The notes under the pieces are model-generated. The model had not been told where the DNA came from. It did not search any database and worked only from the letters and a program-made list of their open reading frames with translations. The translations under genes were made by a program, and so were the position numbers. From Candidatus Eiseniibacteriota bacterium (GTDB lineage: Bacteria > Eisenbacteria > RBG-16-71-46), in contig OY970178.1 in assembly GCA_963707915.1 (NCBI GenBank), positions 2,752,001 to 2,816,000 of the forward strand: a stretch of 64,000 nucleotides of DNA. Direction: 5' to 3'. Positions 46,902 to 58,224 of this stretch are shown here, piece after piece. Numbering within the stretch: position 1 is the first letter of the stretch; every line of letters starts with the position of its first letter.

Positions 46902-47699
46902 ATGCGCAAGCCGATCTTCCCGGTCGCGTGGTGTGCGACGTTGCCGGTCCTGTTCCTGCTGCTGGCTCAGCCCGCTTTCTCCCAGCCCGGGCATGGGCGG
47001 TCGGACGAATTGCTCGGGCAGGCCGCCGAGCGCTACGCCGCCGGGGACCTCAAGGGCGCCCGGGCCGCCGGCCTGGAGGCGCTGAGCGCCTCTCCCGGGC
47101 GTTTCACGGTGCTCCACCGCCTGGCCCGGATCGAGTCGATGCTGTCCGAGGACGTCTCCGGCGAGGAGGGGCGCCGGCTCGTGGCGGCGGCCGTGGAACA
47201 CGCGCGCGAGGCGGTCAAGACCGCTCCGGACAGTGCGGCCGGCCACCTGGAGCTGGCGGTGGCGCTGGGCCGGCAGGCTCTCAAGGAAGGTCCCAAGACC
47301 CAGCTCTCGCTCTCGAGGGAGATCAAGTCCGAGGTGGACCGGACCCTGGCCCTGGACCCCGCCCAGGGACGCGCCTGGCACGTCCTGGCGCTGTGGAACC
47401 GCAAGCTGGCCAGCCTGAACTTCTTCGAGCGCGCCGTGGCCAAGACCGTCCTGGGAGGCGTTCCCAAGGGCGCGTCCATGGAGAACGCGGTGGCGGACTT
47501 GCAGAAGGCCGTCGAGCTGGAGCCCGCCTACGTGAACCACCGGCTCGAGCTGGGGCGCACCTTCATGCAACTGAATCGCCGCGAAGAGGCGCGCCGGGAG
47601 CTGGAGCGCGCGGTCGCCCTGCCGCCTTCGGGCAGCCCGCTCGACCCGAAGTACCAGGCCGAGGCGCGCGAGTTGCTGGCCCGGCTCAAGAAGAGCTGA
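46902..47699 (+). CDS. Exported TPR protein, RMDN/PTPIP51-like
   Basis: GGAGG RBS, signal peptide, H...AVALGR, I..EVD..L.LDP, HVL..W...LASLNFFER..A..VLGG.P..S.E.A...L.KAVELEP. Confidence 0.7.
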   Translation: MRKPIFPVAWCATLPVLFLLLAQPAFSQPGHGRSDELLGQAAERYAAGDLKGARAAGLEALSASPGRFTVLHRLARIESMLSEDVSGEEGRRLVAAAVEHAREAVKTAPDSAAGHLELAVALGRQALKEGPKTQLSLSREIKSEVDRTLALDPAQGRAWHVLALWNRKLASLNFFERAVAKTVLGGVPKGASMENAVADLQKAVELEPAYVNHRLELGRTFMQLNRREEARRELERAVALPPSGSPLDPKYQAEARELLARLKKS

Positions 47700-47712
47700 C
47701 GCCCGGCGCCCC

Positions 47713-48999
47713 ATGACCGCCCCCGCGGTCTGGATCCTGGGCGGAATCCGCACCCCCTTCGCCAGGGCGGGGACGGTGCTCCGCCACCTGGGCGCCGTCG
47801 AGCTCGGGCGCCTGGCCGCCGGCGAGGTGCTGGCGCGCAACGAGCTGGACCCGGCGCGCCTCGACGAGGTCATCCTGGGCAATTGCGCCCAGCCGGCCGA
47901 GGCCGCCAACGTCGCGCGGGTGATCGCGCTGCGCGCCGGCATTCCCGAGCAGGTGCCCGGCCTGACCGTCCACCGCAACTGCGCGTCCGGGATGGAAGCG
48001 GTCGGGCTGGCCGCGGAACGGATCCAGCTGGGGCGGGCGCAGCTCGTCCTGGCGGGCGGCACCGAGTCCATGAGCCAGCTGCCGCTCCGCTTCCCGCCCG
48101 GGTTCGGCGACTGGCTCGACGGCGTGACCCGGGCGAAGCGCCCGCTCGAACGGCTGCGAGCCGGCCTGCGCTTCCGGCCCGCGCTCCTGCGGCCGCGGTC
48201 CTCGCTGGCCGAGTCGCTGCACGACCCGGTGAGCGGGCTGGGGATGGGAGAGACCGCGGAGCTCCTCGCCCACGAGTTCGACCTGGGGCGCGACCTGCAG
48301 GACGGCTTCGCGCTCCTCAGCCACCAGCGCGCGGTGGCGGCGCGCGAGCGGTTGCGCGAGGAGATCGTGCCGGTCTTCCCGCCGCCCGCCTGCGAGCTGG
48401 TGCGCGACGACCTGGGGCCGCGCGAGGGCCTGACGCTCGAGCAGTTGGCGCGCCTGCAGCCGTGCTTCGCGCGGCGTGACGGCACGGTCACGGTGGGCAA
48501 CGCCTGCCCGGTCACCGACGGCGCGGTGGCGCTCCTGGTGGGTGGCGAGGATACGGCCCGGGGCTGGCCCGCTCCGCCGCTGGGGCGCTTGCGGGGCTGG
48601 GCGGTCGCGGGGCTCGCGCCTCGCCGCATGGGGCTCGGGCCGGTGCACGCCATCGCGCGCGTGCTCGAGCAGACCGGGATCTCGCTGGAGGACATCGAGC
48701 TGTTCGAGATCAACGAGGCCTTCGCCGTCCAGGTGCTGGCGTGCCTCGAGGCCGCGAGGTCCGTGCGCTTCGCGCGCTCCGAGCTGGGCCGCGACCGGGC
48801 GCTGGGCGAGATCCCGGTCGAGCGGCTCAACGTGAACGGCGGGGCCATCGCGCTGGGGCACCCGGTGGGGGCGAGCGGGGCGCGGTTGCTGTTCACGCTG
48901 CTGCTCGAGATGCGCCGCCGCGGGGCGAAGCTCGGCCTGGCCGCGCTGTGCGTGGGCGGCGGGCAGGGCGCCGCGTTCGTGCTGGAGCGTGACGGATGA
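47713..48999 (+). CDS. 3-ketoacyl-CoA thiolase (FadA/FadI-like)
   Basis: RTPF, NCASG, INEAF, NVNGGAIALGHPVGASG, CVGGGQG. Confidence 0.92.
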   Translation: MTAPAVWILGGIRTPFARAGTVLRHLGAVELGRLAAGEVLARNELDPARLDEVILGNCAQPAEAANVARVIALRAGIPEQVPGLTVHRNCASGMEAVGLAAERIQLGRAQLVLAGGTESMSQLPLRFPPGFGDWLDGVTRAKRPLERLRAGLRFRPALLRPRSSLAESLHDPVSGLGMGETAELLAHEFDLGRDLQDGFALLSHQRAVAARERLREEIVPVFPPPACELVRDDLGPREGLTLEQLARLQPCFARRDGTVTVGNACPVTDGAVALLVGGEDTARGWPAPPLGRLRGWAVAGLAPRRMGLGPVHAIARVLEQTGISLEDIELFEINEAFAVQVLACLEAARSVRFARSELGRDRALGEIPVERLNVNGGAIALGHPVGASGARLLFTLLLEMRRRGAKLGLAALCVGGGQGAAFVLERDG

Positions 49000-51203
49000 G
49001 CGTCTTCCGCGTCGAGTTCGTGCCGGCGGGCGCGCGGGATGGGAGCGGGGCGCGCGCCGGCGGCCCGCCGGGCGGTGAGCCCGGCGGGATCGCCCACCTG
49101 GTGATGGATGACCCCGCGCGCCGGGTGAACGTCCTCGACGAACGGGCGCTCGGAGACCTCGAGGCTGCGCTGGAACTGCTCGAGGGCCGTCCGGATCTCG
49201 GTGGGCTGGTCGTGCGCAGCGGCAAGCCCGGGACGTTCATGGCGGGAGACGTGGAGGCGTTCGCCGCGCTCACCGACCGCGACCGGGCGCTGGCCCTGGT
49301 GCGGCGCGCGCAGGCCGCCTGCTCGCGCCTGGCCGCGCTGCCCTACCCGACGGTCGCGGCCATCGAGGGGACCTGCCTGGGCGGCGGGACCGAGCTGGCG
49401 CTGGCGTGCAGCTCGCGCGTCGCCGCGCAGGAGCCGGGCACGCGGATCGGGCTGCCGGAGACCCTGCTCGGCGTCATCCCCGCGTCGGGCGGGACCACGC
49501 GCCTGGCCCGGCTGGTGGGGCTCTCGACCGCGCTGGACCTGGTTCTCACCGGCCGCACGCTGGACGCGCCGGACGCCGAGCGCGCCGGGCTGATCGCGCG
49601 GGCGGTGCCCGGCGTCTGGCTGGTCGGTCACGCACACCGGCGCCTGGCGGAGCTGGCGGCGGATCGCGGGCGCCCGGCGCCGGGCACGCGGCGCCCGGCC
49701 GCCGACCGCTGGCGGCCGCGGGGCCTGCGCTCGTGGCTCGTGGACGGCACGCCGTTCGGGCGGGGCCTGGCGTTCGCCCGCGCGCGGGCGATGGTGAAGG
49801 GGCGCACCGGCGGACATCAGCCCGCGGCGGACGCGGTGCTCGCCGTGCTCCGGCACGGCATCGACCAGCCCTTCGAAGCGGCCCTGCGGCTCGAGGCCGA
49901 GTGGGCGGGCGACCTGATCGTCGGGCCGGTGTGCAAGAACCTGGTGCGCGCCTTCCGGCTCACCGAGGACGCGCGGAACGTGGCGCTGCCGGGGATCGAC
50001 GACGCGGTCCACGTGGGAAGGCTCCAGGTCGTGGGTGGCGGCGGGATGGGCGCCGGCATCACCGAGCTCGCCAGCCGGCACGGGATCGAAGTGCGGCTGC
50101 GCGACACCGATCCGGCCGCGCTGGCGCGCGCGATGCGGGCCGTGCGCGCCAGGGTCGCGGAGCGCGCGGATCGAACCCGGGCCCCGCGGCACGAGACCGA
50201 GGGGCAGCTCGCGCGCGTCTTCCCCGGCCTGGACCTGGCCGGCCTCAAGCACGTGGACCTGGCGATCGAGGCGGTGGTGGAGGACCTGGACGTCAAGCGC
50301 CGCGTGTTCGGCGAGCTCGAGGTCCGCATGCGGCCCGACGCGGTGCTCGCGACCAACACGTCGTCGCTCCGGGTCGACGACCTGGCCGCCGGGCTCGAGC
50401 GCCCGCAGCGCTTCGTCGGGATGCACTTCTTCGACCCGGTCCACCGCATGCCGCTGGTCGAGGTGGTGCGGGGCGCGAAGACCTCGGCCGCGGCGCTGGC
50501 CACGGCCGTGACGCTGGCGCGGCGGCTGGGCAGGACCCCGGTGGTGGTGAACGACGGGCCCGGCTTCGTCGTGAACCGGGTGACGATGCCGTACCTGCGG
50601 GAGGCGCTCCACCTGGTCGAGGACGGCTACCGCGTGACCGACGTGGACGCGGCGATGCGGGCCTTCGGGATGCCGCGGGGACCCTTCGAGGTGATGGACG
50701 AGATGGGTCTCGGGGCCGTCGTCAGCCTGGCCACGGTTCTGGGCCGTGCGTTCCCCGGGCGGCTCGCGCCGGCGCCGCAACTCGAGTCCCTCGTGGCGGA
50801 GGGCTTCCTGGGCCGGAGGAGCGGGGCGGGGTTCTACCGCTACTGGGGCGGGCGGCGCACGCTCGACCCGCTGGCGGCGCGCCTGCTGCGGCCCGCGCGC
50901 GAGCGCCGGCCCGCGAGCCTCTCGGCCCTGGCCGAGAGGATGACGCTCGTCATGGTGAACGAGGCCGCGCATTGCCTCGCCGACGGCGTGGCAGCGGAAG
51001 CCGGCACGCTGGACCTGGCGCTGCTCTACGGCGCGGGGTTCCCGCCGCATCGCGGCGGCCCGTTGCGCCACGCCGACAGCCTGGGGATCGCCCGGGTGGC
51101 GGCGCGGCTGACGGCGTTGCGCGCGGAGAAGGGCGAGCGCTTCCGGCCCGCGCCGCTCATCGAGGAGCTGGCGGCCGGGGGCGGGACGTTCACCGGGTCC
51201 TGA
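48996..51203 (+). CDS. fadJ: Multifunctional enoyl-CoA hydratase/3-hydroxyacyl-CoA dehydrogenase (FadJ/FadB-like)
   Basis: CLGGGTELAL, GLPE, GGGGMGAGI, EAVVEDL..K, ATNTSSL, GMHFF.P..MPLVE, PGFVVNR, GFPP.RGGP. Confidence 0.85.
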   Translation: MSVFRVEFVPAGARDGSGARAGGPPGGEPGGIAHLVMDDPARRVNVLDERALGDLEAALELLEGRPDLGGLVVRSGKPGTFMAGDVEAFAALTDRDRALALVRRAQAACSRLAALPYPTVAAIEGTCLGGGTELALACSSRVAAQEPGTRIGLPETLLGVIPASGGTTRLARLVGLSTALDLVLTGRTLDAPDAERAGLIARAVPGVWLVGHAHRRLAELAADRGRPAPGTRRPAADRWRPRGLRSWLVDGTPFGRGLAFARARAMVKGRTGGHQPAADAVLAVLRHGIDQPFEAALRLEAEWAGDLIVGPVCKNLVRAFRLTEDARNVALPGIDDAVHVGRLQVVGGGGMGAGITELASRHGIEVRLRDTDPAALARAMRAVRARVAERADRTRAPRHETEGQLARVFPGLDLAGLKHVDLAIEAVVEDLDVKRRVFGELEVRMRPDAVLATNTSSLRVDDLAAGLERPQRFVGMHFFDPVHRMPLVEVVRGAKTSAAALATAVTLARRLGRTPVVVNDGPGFVVNRVTMPYLREALHLVEDGYRVTDVDAAMRAFGMPRGPFEVMDEMGLGAVVSLATVLGRAFPGRLAPAPQLESLVAEGFLGRRSGAGFYRYWGGRRTLDPLAARLLRPARERRPASLSALAERMTLVMVNEAAHCLADGVAAEAGTLDLALLYGAGFPPHRGGPLRHADSLGIARVAARLTALRAEKGERFRPAPLIEELAAGGGTFTGS

Positions 51204-51266
51204 GCCGCCGGGCCGCGCGCCCGGCCGCGGCCGGCCCCGCGCTCCGGTCACGGCCGGAACGCGGAA

Positions 51267-51290
51267 ACGCCCGGCCGGTGGGCCGGGCGT
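51267..51290. terminator. Hairpin downstream of fadJ
   Basis: acgcccggcc-ggtg-ggccgggcgt, preceded by aaa (a short U-run on the minus strand). Confidence 0.5.
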
Positions 51291-51513
51291 CTGACGCGGG
51301 AGGCCGGAGCTTGCCCTCTCCGGGACCCTGCTCGCAACTCTGGAAGACTCGCACGACTGGCTCGCTTGCCACGTTCTCGTGTACGTGACACCTCTATTAA
51401 CGCTCCGGGCGCCGCACGAGTTGCAATGCGCTCGCAAAGAAAGCGTCGAAGGGGACCAGCGCGGCGGTGCGGGCCACGAGCGCGCCGCCCGGTGGGCCCG
51501 CTCCGGGACCCGC

Positions 51514-51541
51514 TTGACTTCCTGCTGACCTCGGGCATAGT
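51514..51541 (+). promoter_or_regulatory. Putative promoter for the gdh operon
   Basis: TTGACT-N16-CATAGT, about 380 nt upstream of the gdh start. Confidence 0.4.
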
Positions 51542-51922
51542 TGATTCGGCTTTTCGGGTCCACCCCCACCGGGGTCTCTGGGAACCGGAGCCGTTCCCCG
51601 GCTCGCGGCGGCCGTCCGGCCGCACGGTGCGGGCGCGGGGGTGCTGACGGGAGCACCGGTACACGGTCATGGATCTGCCGCCGCGCTCGAGGGACTCGTC
51701 GCCTGACCGGGAGACGGGTTCTTTTCATCGGGGTGCGGAGGGTCACGAGCCGACCGCGTCCTTCGCCCGATCCACCGCGGCGGCGCTCGCGCCGGCGCGG
51801 TGCCCGATCCGGCCGGTTCCGCGCCGCACGGACCGGACCGATTCCGCTGTCCCCACCGCCGCGGGGCATTCCGGCACGCGCCGCATCGCGACCGTCCCCG
51901 GCCGGTCTTCCAGGAGACACTC

Positions 51923-53210
<1,288 letters not shown>

Positions 53211-53263
53211 CAGCGTGCGCCGGGGGCGGCGCGTGACGCCGCCCCGGCGACGCGGTCCCGATC

Positions 53264-55048
53264 ATGCACGGCGACACGACGGACGGCCAGGAGCTGTCGC
53301 GGTTCGACCGCCGCTTCTTCGAGGGGCGGGAGACCTTCACCACCATCGGGGCGGGCGCCCTCGGGGGCAAGGCCGCGGGACTGCTCGCCGCGCGCGTGAC
53401 GCTGGCGGACCGGCCGGCGGCCCTGCGCTTCGCGGACCTGGAGATCTCGGTCCCGACGCTGACCGTGATCCCGACCGGCGCGTTCGACCTGTTCCTCGAG
53501 CGCAACCGTCTCCACGAGCTGGTCTACTCGGGGGCCGATGACCGCCAGATCGCGGCGACCCTGCAGCGCGCCGAGCTTCCCACCGAGATCGTCGGCGACC
53601 TGTGGGCGCTGGTGCGGCAGGTCCATACCCCGCTGGCGGTGCGTTCCTCGAGCCTGCTCGAGGACGCCCTGGCGCACCCGTTCGCCGGTGTCTACGCCAC
53701 CAAGATGATCCCCAACAACCAGCACGATCCCGAGACCCGCTTTCGCAAGCTGGTCGAGGCGATCAAGTTCGTCTACGCCTCCACGTTCACCCGCGCGGCG
53801 CGCAACTACGTGCGCGCGGCCGGCCGGAAGCCGGAGGACGAGAAGATGGCGGTGATCGTGCAGGAGGTGGTGGGGCACCGCCACGGCCCGCGCTTCTACC
53901 CCGAGGTCGCGGGGGTGGCGCGCTCGTGGAACTTCTACCCCACCGGCCATGCGCAGCCGGCCGACGGCGTGCTGGACCTGGCTCTCGGCCTGGGCCGGAC
54001 CATCGTGGACGGCGGCCGGACGTGGACCTGTTCGCCCGCGCACCCGCGCTCGGTGCCGCCGTTCAACTCGGTGGACCACCTGATCGAGCAGAGCCAGAGC
54101 GAGTTCTGGGCCGTGAACATGGGCCCGCCCCCGGCCTACGATCCCACGGCCGAGACCGAGTACCTGGTGCAGGCGGGCCTCGCGGAGGCCGAGACCGACG
54201 GGACGCTGGTCCACGTCGCCTCGACCTACGACCCGGAGGCGGACCGCGTCGTCATGGGGGTGGGGCCCCGGGGCCCGCGCATCGTCGACTTCGCGCCGAT
54301 GCTGCGGCTGGCGCAGTGGCCGGTGGTCGAGGCGGTGCGCGGCCTGCTCGCGCTCTTCGCGGAGCGCCTGGGCGCCCCCGTGGAGATCGAGTTCGCGCTC
54401 ACCTTCCCCGCCCCGCCCTCCGCCGCCGCGCCGGAGGGCCTGCCCGCCCGCCTGGGATTCCTGCAGGTGCGGCCGATGCTGCTCAGCAGCCAGGTGGTGG
54501 AGGTCGGCGACGACGAGCTGGCCGGCCCGCGGGCCGTGGTGCGCTCCGAGCACGTCATGGGCAACGGGGTCATCGAGGGGCTGCGCGACATCGTGTACGT
54601 GAAGCCCGAGGCCTTCGAGGCGCGCCACACGCCGGCCATCGCCGCGGAGGTGGACCGGATCAACCAGGCGCTGCTCGAGGAGGGCCGACCGTGCGTGCTC
54701 GTCGGGTTCGGCCGCTGGGGCAGCGCCGATCCGTGGCTGGGCATCCCGGTGGACTGGGCCCAGATCGCGAGCGCGCGCGTCATCGTCGAGGCGAGCCTGC
54801 CGGCCATGAACGTGGACATGAGCCAGGGCGCGCACTTCTTCCACAACCTGCTGAGCTTCCGGGTGGCCTACTTCTCCGTGCCGGGGCTCGACGCGTCGGG
54901 GATCGACTGGGAGTGGCTGCGCGGGCTCCCGGCCCGGCGGGAGACGGATTTCGTGCGGCACGTGGAGACGCCGGCGCCCCTGCAGGTGAGGGTGGACGGA
55001 CGCCGCGGCCGGGGCGTGGTGCTGCGTGACGCGGGAGAGGACGCATGA
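53264..55048 (+). CDS. PEP/pyruvate-binding (PPDK_N ATP-grasp) domain protein
   Basis: GGKAAGL, VRSSSLLED, FAGVY, MAVIVQE, GLG, EIEFA, LQVRP; C-terminal GRWGS...SQGAHFF domain. Confidence 0.85.
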   Translation: MHGDTTDGQELSRFDRRFFEGRETFTTIGAGALGGKAAGLLAARVTLADRPAALRFADLEISVPTLTVIPTGAFDLFLERNRLHELVYSGADDRQIAATLQRAELPTEIVGDLWALVRQVHTPLAVRSSSLLEDALAHPFAGVYATKMIPNNQHDPETRFRKLVEAIKFVYASTFTRAARNYVRAAGRKPEDEKMAVIVQEVVGHRHGPRFYPEVAGVARSWNFYPTGHAQPADGVLDLALGLGRTIVDGGRTWTCSPAHPRSVPPFNSVDHLIEQSQSEFWAVNMGPPPAYDPTAETEYLVQAGLAEAETDGTLVHVASTYDPEADRVVMGVGPRGPRIVDFAPMLRLAQWPVVEAVRGLLALFAERLGAPVEIEFALTFPAPPSAAAPEGLPARLGFLQVRPMLLSSQVVEVGDDELAGPRAVVRSEHVMGNGVIEGLRDIVYVKPEAFEARHTPAIAAEVDRINQALLEEGRPCVLVGFGRWGSADPWLGIPVDWAQIASARVIVEASLPAMNVDMSQGAHFFHNLLSFRVAYFSVPGLDASGIDWEWLRGLPARRETDFVRHVETPAPLQVRVDGRRGRGVVLRDAGEDA

Positions 55049-58000
55049 GCGACCAGAAGCCGGTGGACGAGATCCTCAAGGCGCTCCAGGAACGGGCCAA
55101 GGAGCTCAACTGCCTGTACCGCATCGACGAGATCGTGCACGACACGGAACGGCCGGTCGCCGACCTGCTGCGCGCGGTGATCGAGGCGCTGCCGGCGGGC
55201 TGGCAGTACCCGTCGCACTGCGTGGCGCGCGTCGGGCTGCGCGACCTCGACGTGCGCGGGGCGGGCTTCGTCGAGACCCCGTGGAAGCTGACCGCGCCGA
55301 TCGTCATCTCGAACCGGCCGGCCGGCGAGTTGTGCGTCCACTACACGCAGCAGATGCCCCGCGCCGACGAGGGGCCGTTCCTCAAGGAGGAGCGCAGGCT
55401 CATCGACGCGGCCGCCGACCGCGTCTCCCGGGCCATCCAGCACCGCGAGCTGACCGAGGTGTTCGGCCGCATGCAGATCGGCCATCCCCCGGTGGACGCC
55501 ACGCCCCGCGGGGACTGGAACATCATCCTCGACCTGCTGCGCCGCACCGACCAGAACCTCTACAACCAGGTCGCGCGCAAGATGCTGAACCACCTGTCGT
55601 GGAGCGGCATCGAGGAGGCCAAGGAGCTGCTGCTCAGCATCGCGGGCCCGGAGGAGGCCTGGGAGCCCGGCGACGAGAATCGCCCGACGCGGCGCAGCGC
55701 GCCCAAGGACTTCGAGGTCATCAGCACCGAGACCTTCCAGATCGCCGCCGCCCACCTGAGCGAGCAGGAGCTGCTCCACAGCATCCAGACCTGGATCAAG
55801 GAGGACCGGCTCCATTTCCTGGTGCTCGCGCTCGAGAGCAGCAACACGACGTTGCCCGAGATCGCCAACGCGCTGGAGCGCTACCACCACAGCGGGCTGG
55901 ACGCGCGCGAGCTGTCGCCCGCCATGCACCTCGGCCTCAAGGTCTCGCTCATCCGGCGCCTGCTCACCGACAACCTGGGGTTCATCAACACCTGCCGCTC
56001 CTGGGTGGAGATCGACGACTTCGTGGACCTCGTGAACCACACCATCCTGCTGCCCAAGAGCCACGGCCGGGTGGGCGGCAAGGGCAGCGGGCTCCTGCTG
56101 GCGCGGCACGTCCTGCGGCGCTCCCCCCATCAGCGGGAACTGCTGGACGGCGTCAAGGTGCCGAAGACGTGGTACGTGCCCTCGGACGGGCTCCTGCAGT
56201 TCCTCGCGTACAACAACCTCGACGACGTCTACAACTGGAAGTACCGCGACCTGGACGAGATCCGGCAGGAGTACCCGCACATGCTCCAGGTCTTCAAGAG
56301 CTCGCGCTTCCCGGCCGAGTTCGTGCAGGGGCTCTCGACCGCGCTCGACGACCTCGGCGACCGGCCGCTCATCGTGCGCAGCTCGAGCCTGCTCGAGGAC
56401 CGCGCGGGCTCGGCCTTCTCGGGCAAGTACAAGAGCCTGTTCCTCGCGAACCAGGGCCGCAAGTCCGACCGGCTGGCGGCGCTGCTGGACGCCATCGCCG
56501 AGGTCTACGGCTCGGTCTTCGGCCCGGACCCCATCCAGTACCGCGCGGAGCGCGGGCTCCTCGAGCAGCACGAGGAGATGGGCATCATGATCCAGGAGGT
56601 GGTGGGGGTGCGCGCGGGCCGCTACTTCCTGCCCGCGTTCGCGGGCGTGGGATTCAGCAACAACGAGCTGCGCTGGTCGCCCCGCATCCGGCGCGACGAC
56701 GGCCTGTTGCGCCTGGTGCCCGGCCTCGGCACGCGCGCGGTGGACCGGCTGGCCGACGACTACCCGATCCTGGTCGCGCCGGGGCAGCCGGGGCTGCGCG
56801 TCAACGTCACCCCGGAAGAGGTCTTCCGCTACTCGCCGCGCAAGGTCGACGTCATCAACCTGGAGACCAACTCGTTCGAGACCGTGGACCGCCACGCCCT
56901 GCTGAAGGAGATCGAGGGACAGTTCCCCGGGCTCACCCGGGCGGTCTCGGTCTACGAGCACGACATGCTGCGGCGCCCCGGCGGCCTGGACCTGCGCTTC
57001 AACGAGGACAAGCTGGTCTTCACCTTCGAGGGCCTGCTGACGGGCACGGACTTCCTGCCGCGCATGCAGGCCATCCTCAACGTGCTGCGCGAGGCGCAGG
57101 GCGTGCCGGTGGACATCGAGTTCGCCTCGGACGGGCGCGACCTCTACCTGCTGCAGTGCCGGCCCCAGAGCCACGCGGCGGACACCGCTCCCGCGTCCAT
57201 CCCGCGCGACCTGCCGCCGGAGCGCGTGGTGTTCTCGGCCAACCGCTACGTCTCGAACGGCGCCGTGCCCGACATCACGCACATCGTCTACGTGGACCCC
57301 GAGGGCTACAGCCGGCTGGGCGACATGGGCGAACTGCGCGACGTGAGCCGGGCCGTCGGCAGCCTCAACCAGATCCTGCCCAAGCGCCAGTTCATCCTCA
57401 TGGGGCCGGGGCGCTGGGGCAGCCGCGGCGACGTCAAGCTGGGCGTGAGCGTGACCTACTCCGACATCAACAACACGGCGGTGCTGATCGAGGTCGCGCG
57501 CAAGGCGGGCAACTACGTCCCGGACCTCTCGTTCGGCACGCACTTCTTCCAGGACCTGGTGGAGTCCGGGATCCGCTACCTGCCGCTCTACCCCGACGAC
57601 GCGGGCATCGTCTTCAACGAGCCGTTCCTCCGCCGGTCCGCGAACGTCCTGGCGCGCCTGCTGCCGGACCTCGCGCACCTCGAGGAGGTCGTGCGCGTGA
57701 TCGACGTGCCGGAGTCCACCGGCGGCCAGGTCCTGCGATTGCTCATGAACGCCGACCTGGACGAGGCGGTGGGCGTGCTGGCGCCGCCGGGCGCGGCGGC
57801 GGTCACCTCGGCCACCCTGCCGGGTCCCTCGGCGCGCCCGTCCGAGGACCACTGGCGATGGCGGCTGCGCATGGCGCAGAAGGTCGCCGCGGACCTCGAT
57901 CCGGCGCGCTTCGGCGTCCAGGCGTTCTACGTCTTCGGCAGCACCAAGAACGCCTCGGCCGGGCCGGGCAGCGACATCGACGTCATCCTCCACCTCCGGG

Positions 58001-58224
58001 GGACGCCGGAGCAGCGGCGAGATCTGGAGTTGTGGCTCGAGGGCTGGAGCCTGTGCCTCGGGGAGATGAACTACCTGCGCACGGGCTACCCGAGCGAGGG
58101 GCTGCTGGACGTGCACCTCGTCACCGACGAGGACATCGAGCGGCAGGGCAGCTACGCCGCGAAGATCGGGGCCATCACGGACGCGGCGCGTCCGCTCACG
58201 ATGGGACGCCCGGCGGCGGGATGA
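55045..58224 (+). CDS. GAF-like + PPDK_N + nucleotidyltransferase multidomain protein
   Basis: N-terminal ERAKELNCLY...PFLKEERRLI; GGKG.GL, VRSSSLLED, FSGKY, IQEV, GLG, DIEFA, LQCRP, GRWGS, SFGTHFF; C-terminal FGS...SDID...D. ATGA overlap with the upstream gene. Confidence 0.85.
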   Translation: MSDQKPVDEILKALQERAKELNCLYRIDEIVHDTERPVADLLRAVIEALPAGWQYPSHCVARVGLRDLDVRGAGFVETPWKLTAPIVISNRPAGELCVHYTQQMPRADEGPFLKEERRLIDAAADRVSRAIQHRELTEVFGRMQIGHPPVDATPRGDWNIILDLLRRTDQNLYNQVARKMLNHLSWSGIEEAKELLLSIAGPEEAWEPGDENRPTRRSAPKDFEVISTETFQIAAAHLSEQELLHSIQTWIKEDRLHFLVLALESSNTTLPEIANALERYHHSGLDARELSPAMHLGLKVSLIRRLLTDNLGFINTCRSWVEIDDFVDLVNHTILLPKSHGRVGGKGSGLLLARHVLRRSPHQRELLDGVKVPKTWYVPSDGLLQFLAYNNLDDVYNWKYRDLDEIRQEYPHMLQVFKSSRFPAEFVQGLSTALDDLGDRPLIVRSSSLLEDRAGSAFSGKYKSLFLANQGRKSDRLAALLDAIAEVYGSVFGPDPIQYRAERGLLEQHEEMGIMIQEVVGVRAGRYFLPAFAGVGFSNNELRWSPRIRRDDGLLRLVPGLGTRAVDRLADDYPILVAPGQPGLRVNVTPEEVFRYSPRKVDVINLETNSFETVDRHALLKEIEGQFPGLTRAVSVYEHDMLRRPGGLDLRFNEDKLVFTFEGLLTGTDFLPRMQAILNVLREAQGVPVDIEFASDGRDLYLLQCRPQSHAADTAPASIPRDLPPERVVFSANRYVSNGAVPDITHIVYVDPEGYSRLGDMGELRDVSRAVGSLNQILPKRQFILMGPGRWGSRGDVKLGVSVTYSDINNTAVLIEVARKAGNYVPDLSFGTHFFQDLVESGIRYLPLYPDDAGIVFNEPFLRRSANVLARLLPDLAHLEEVVRVIDVPESTGGQVLRLLMNADLDEAVGVLAPPGAAAVTSATLPGPSARPSEDHWRWRLRMAQKVAADLDPARFGVQAFYVFGSTKNASAGPGSDIDVILHLRGTPEQRRDLELWLEGWSLCLGEMNYLRTGYPSEGLLDVHLVTDEDIERQGSYAAKIGAITDAARPLTMGRPAAG

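Noticed and set aside
46548..51920. 1790 aa minus-strand ORF and other long antisense or alternate-frame ORFs (e.g. 33851-36562, 54868-58116, 55026-58499)
   Set aside because: Shadow ORFs of real genes, caused by the scarcity of stop codons at very high GC. They are Arg/Pro/Gly-rich and have no motifs.
53223..53245. Hairpin after gdh as a terminator separating it from the dikinase-like genes
   Set aside because: It has no U-tract and the next gene starts 18 nt later, so it is more likely a stabilising or attenuating stem.
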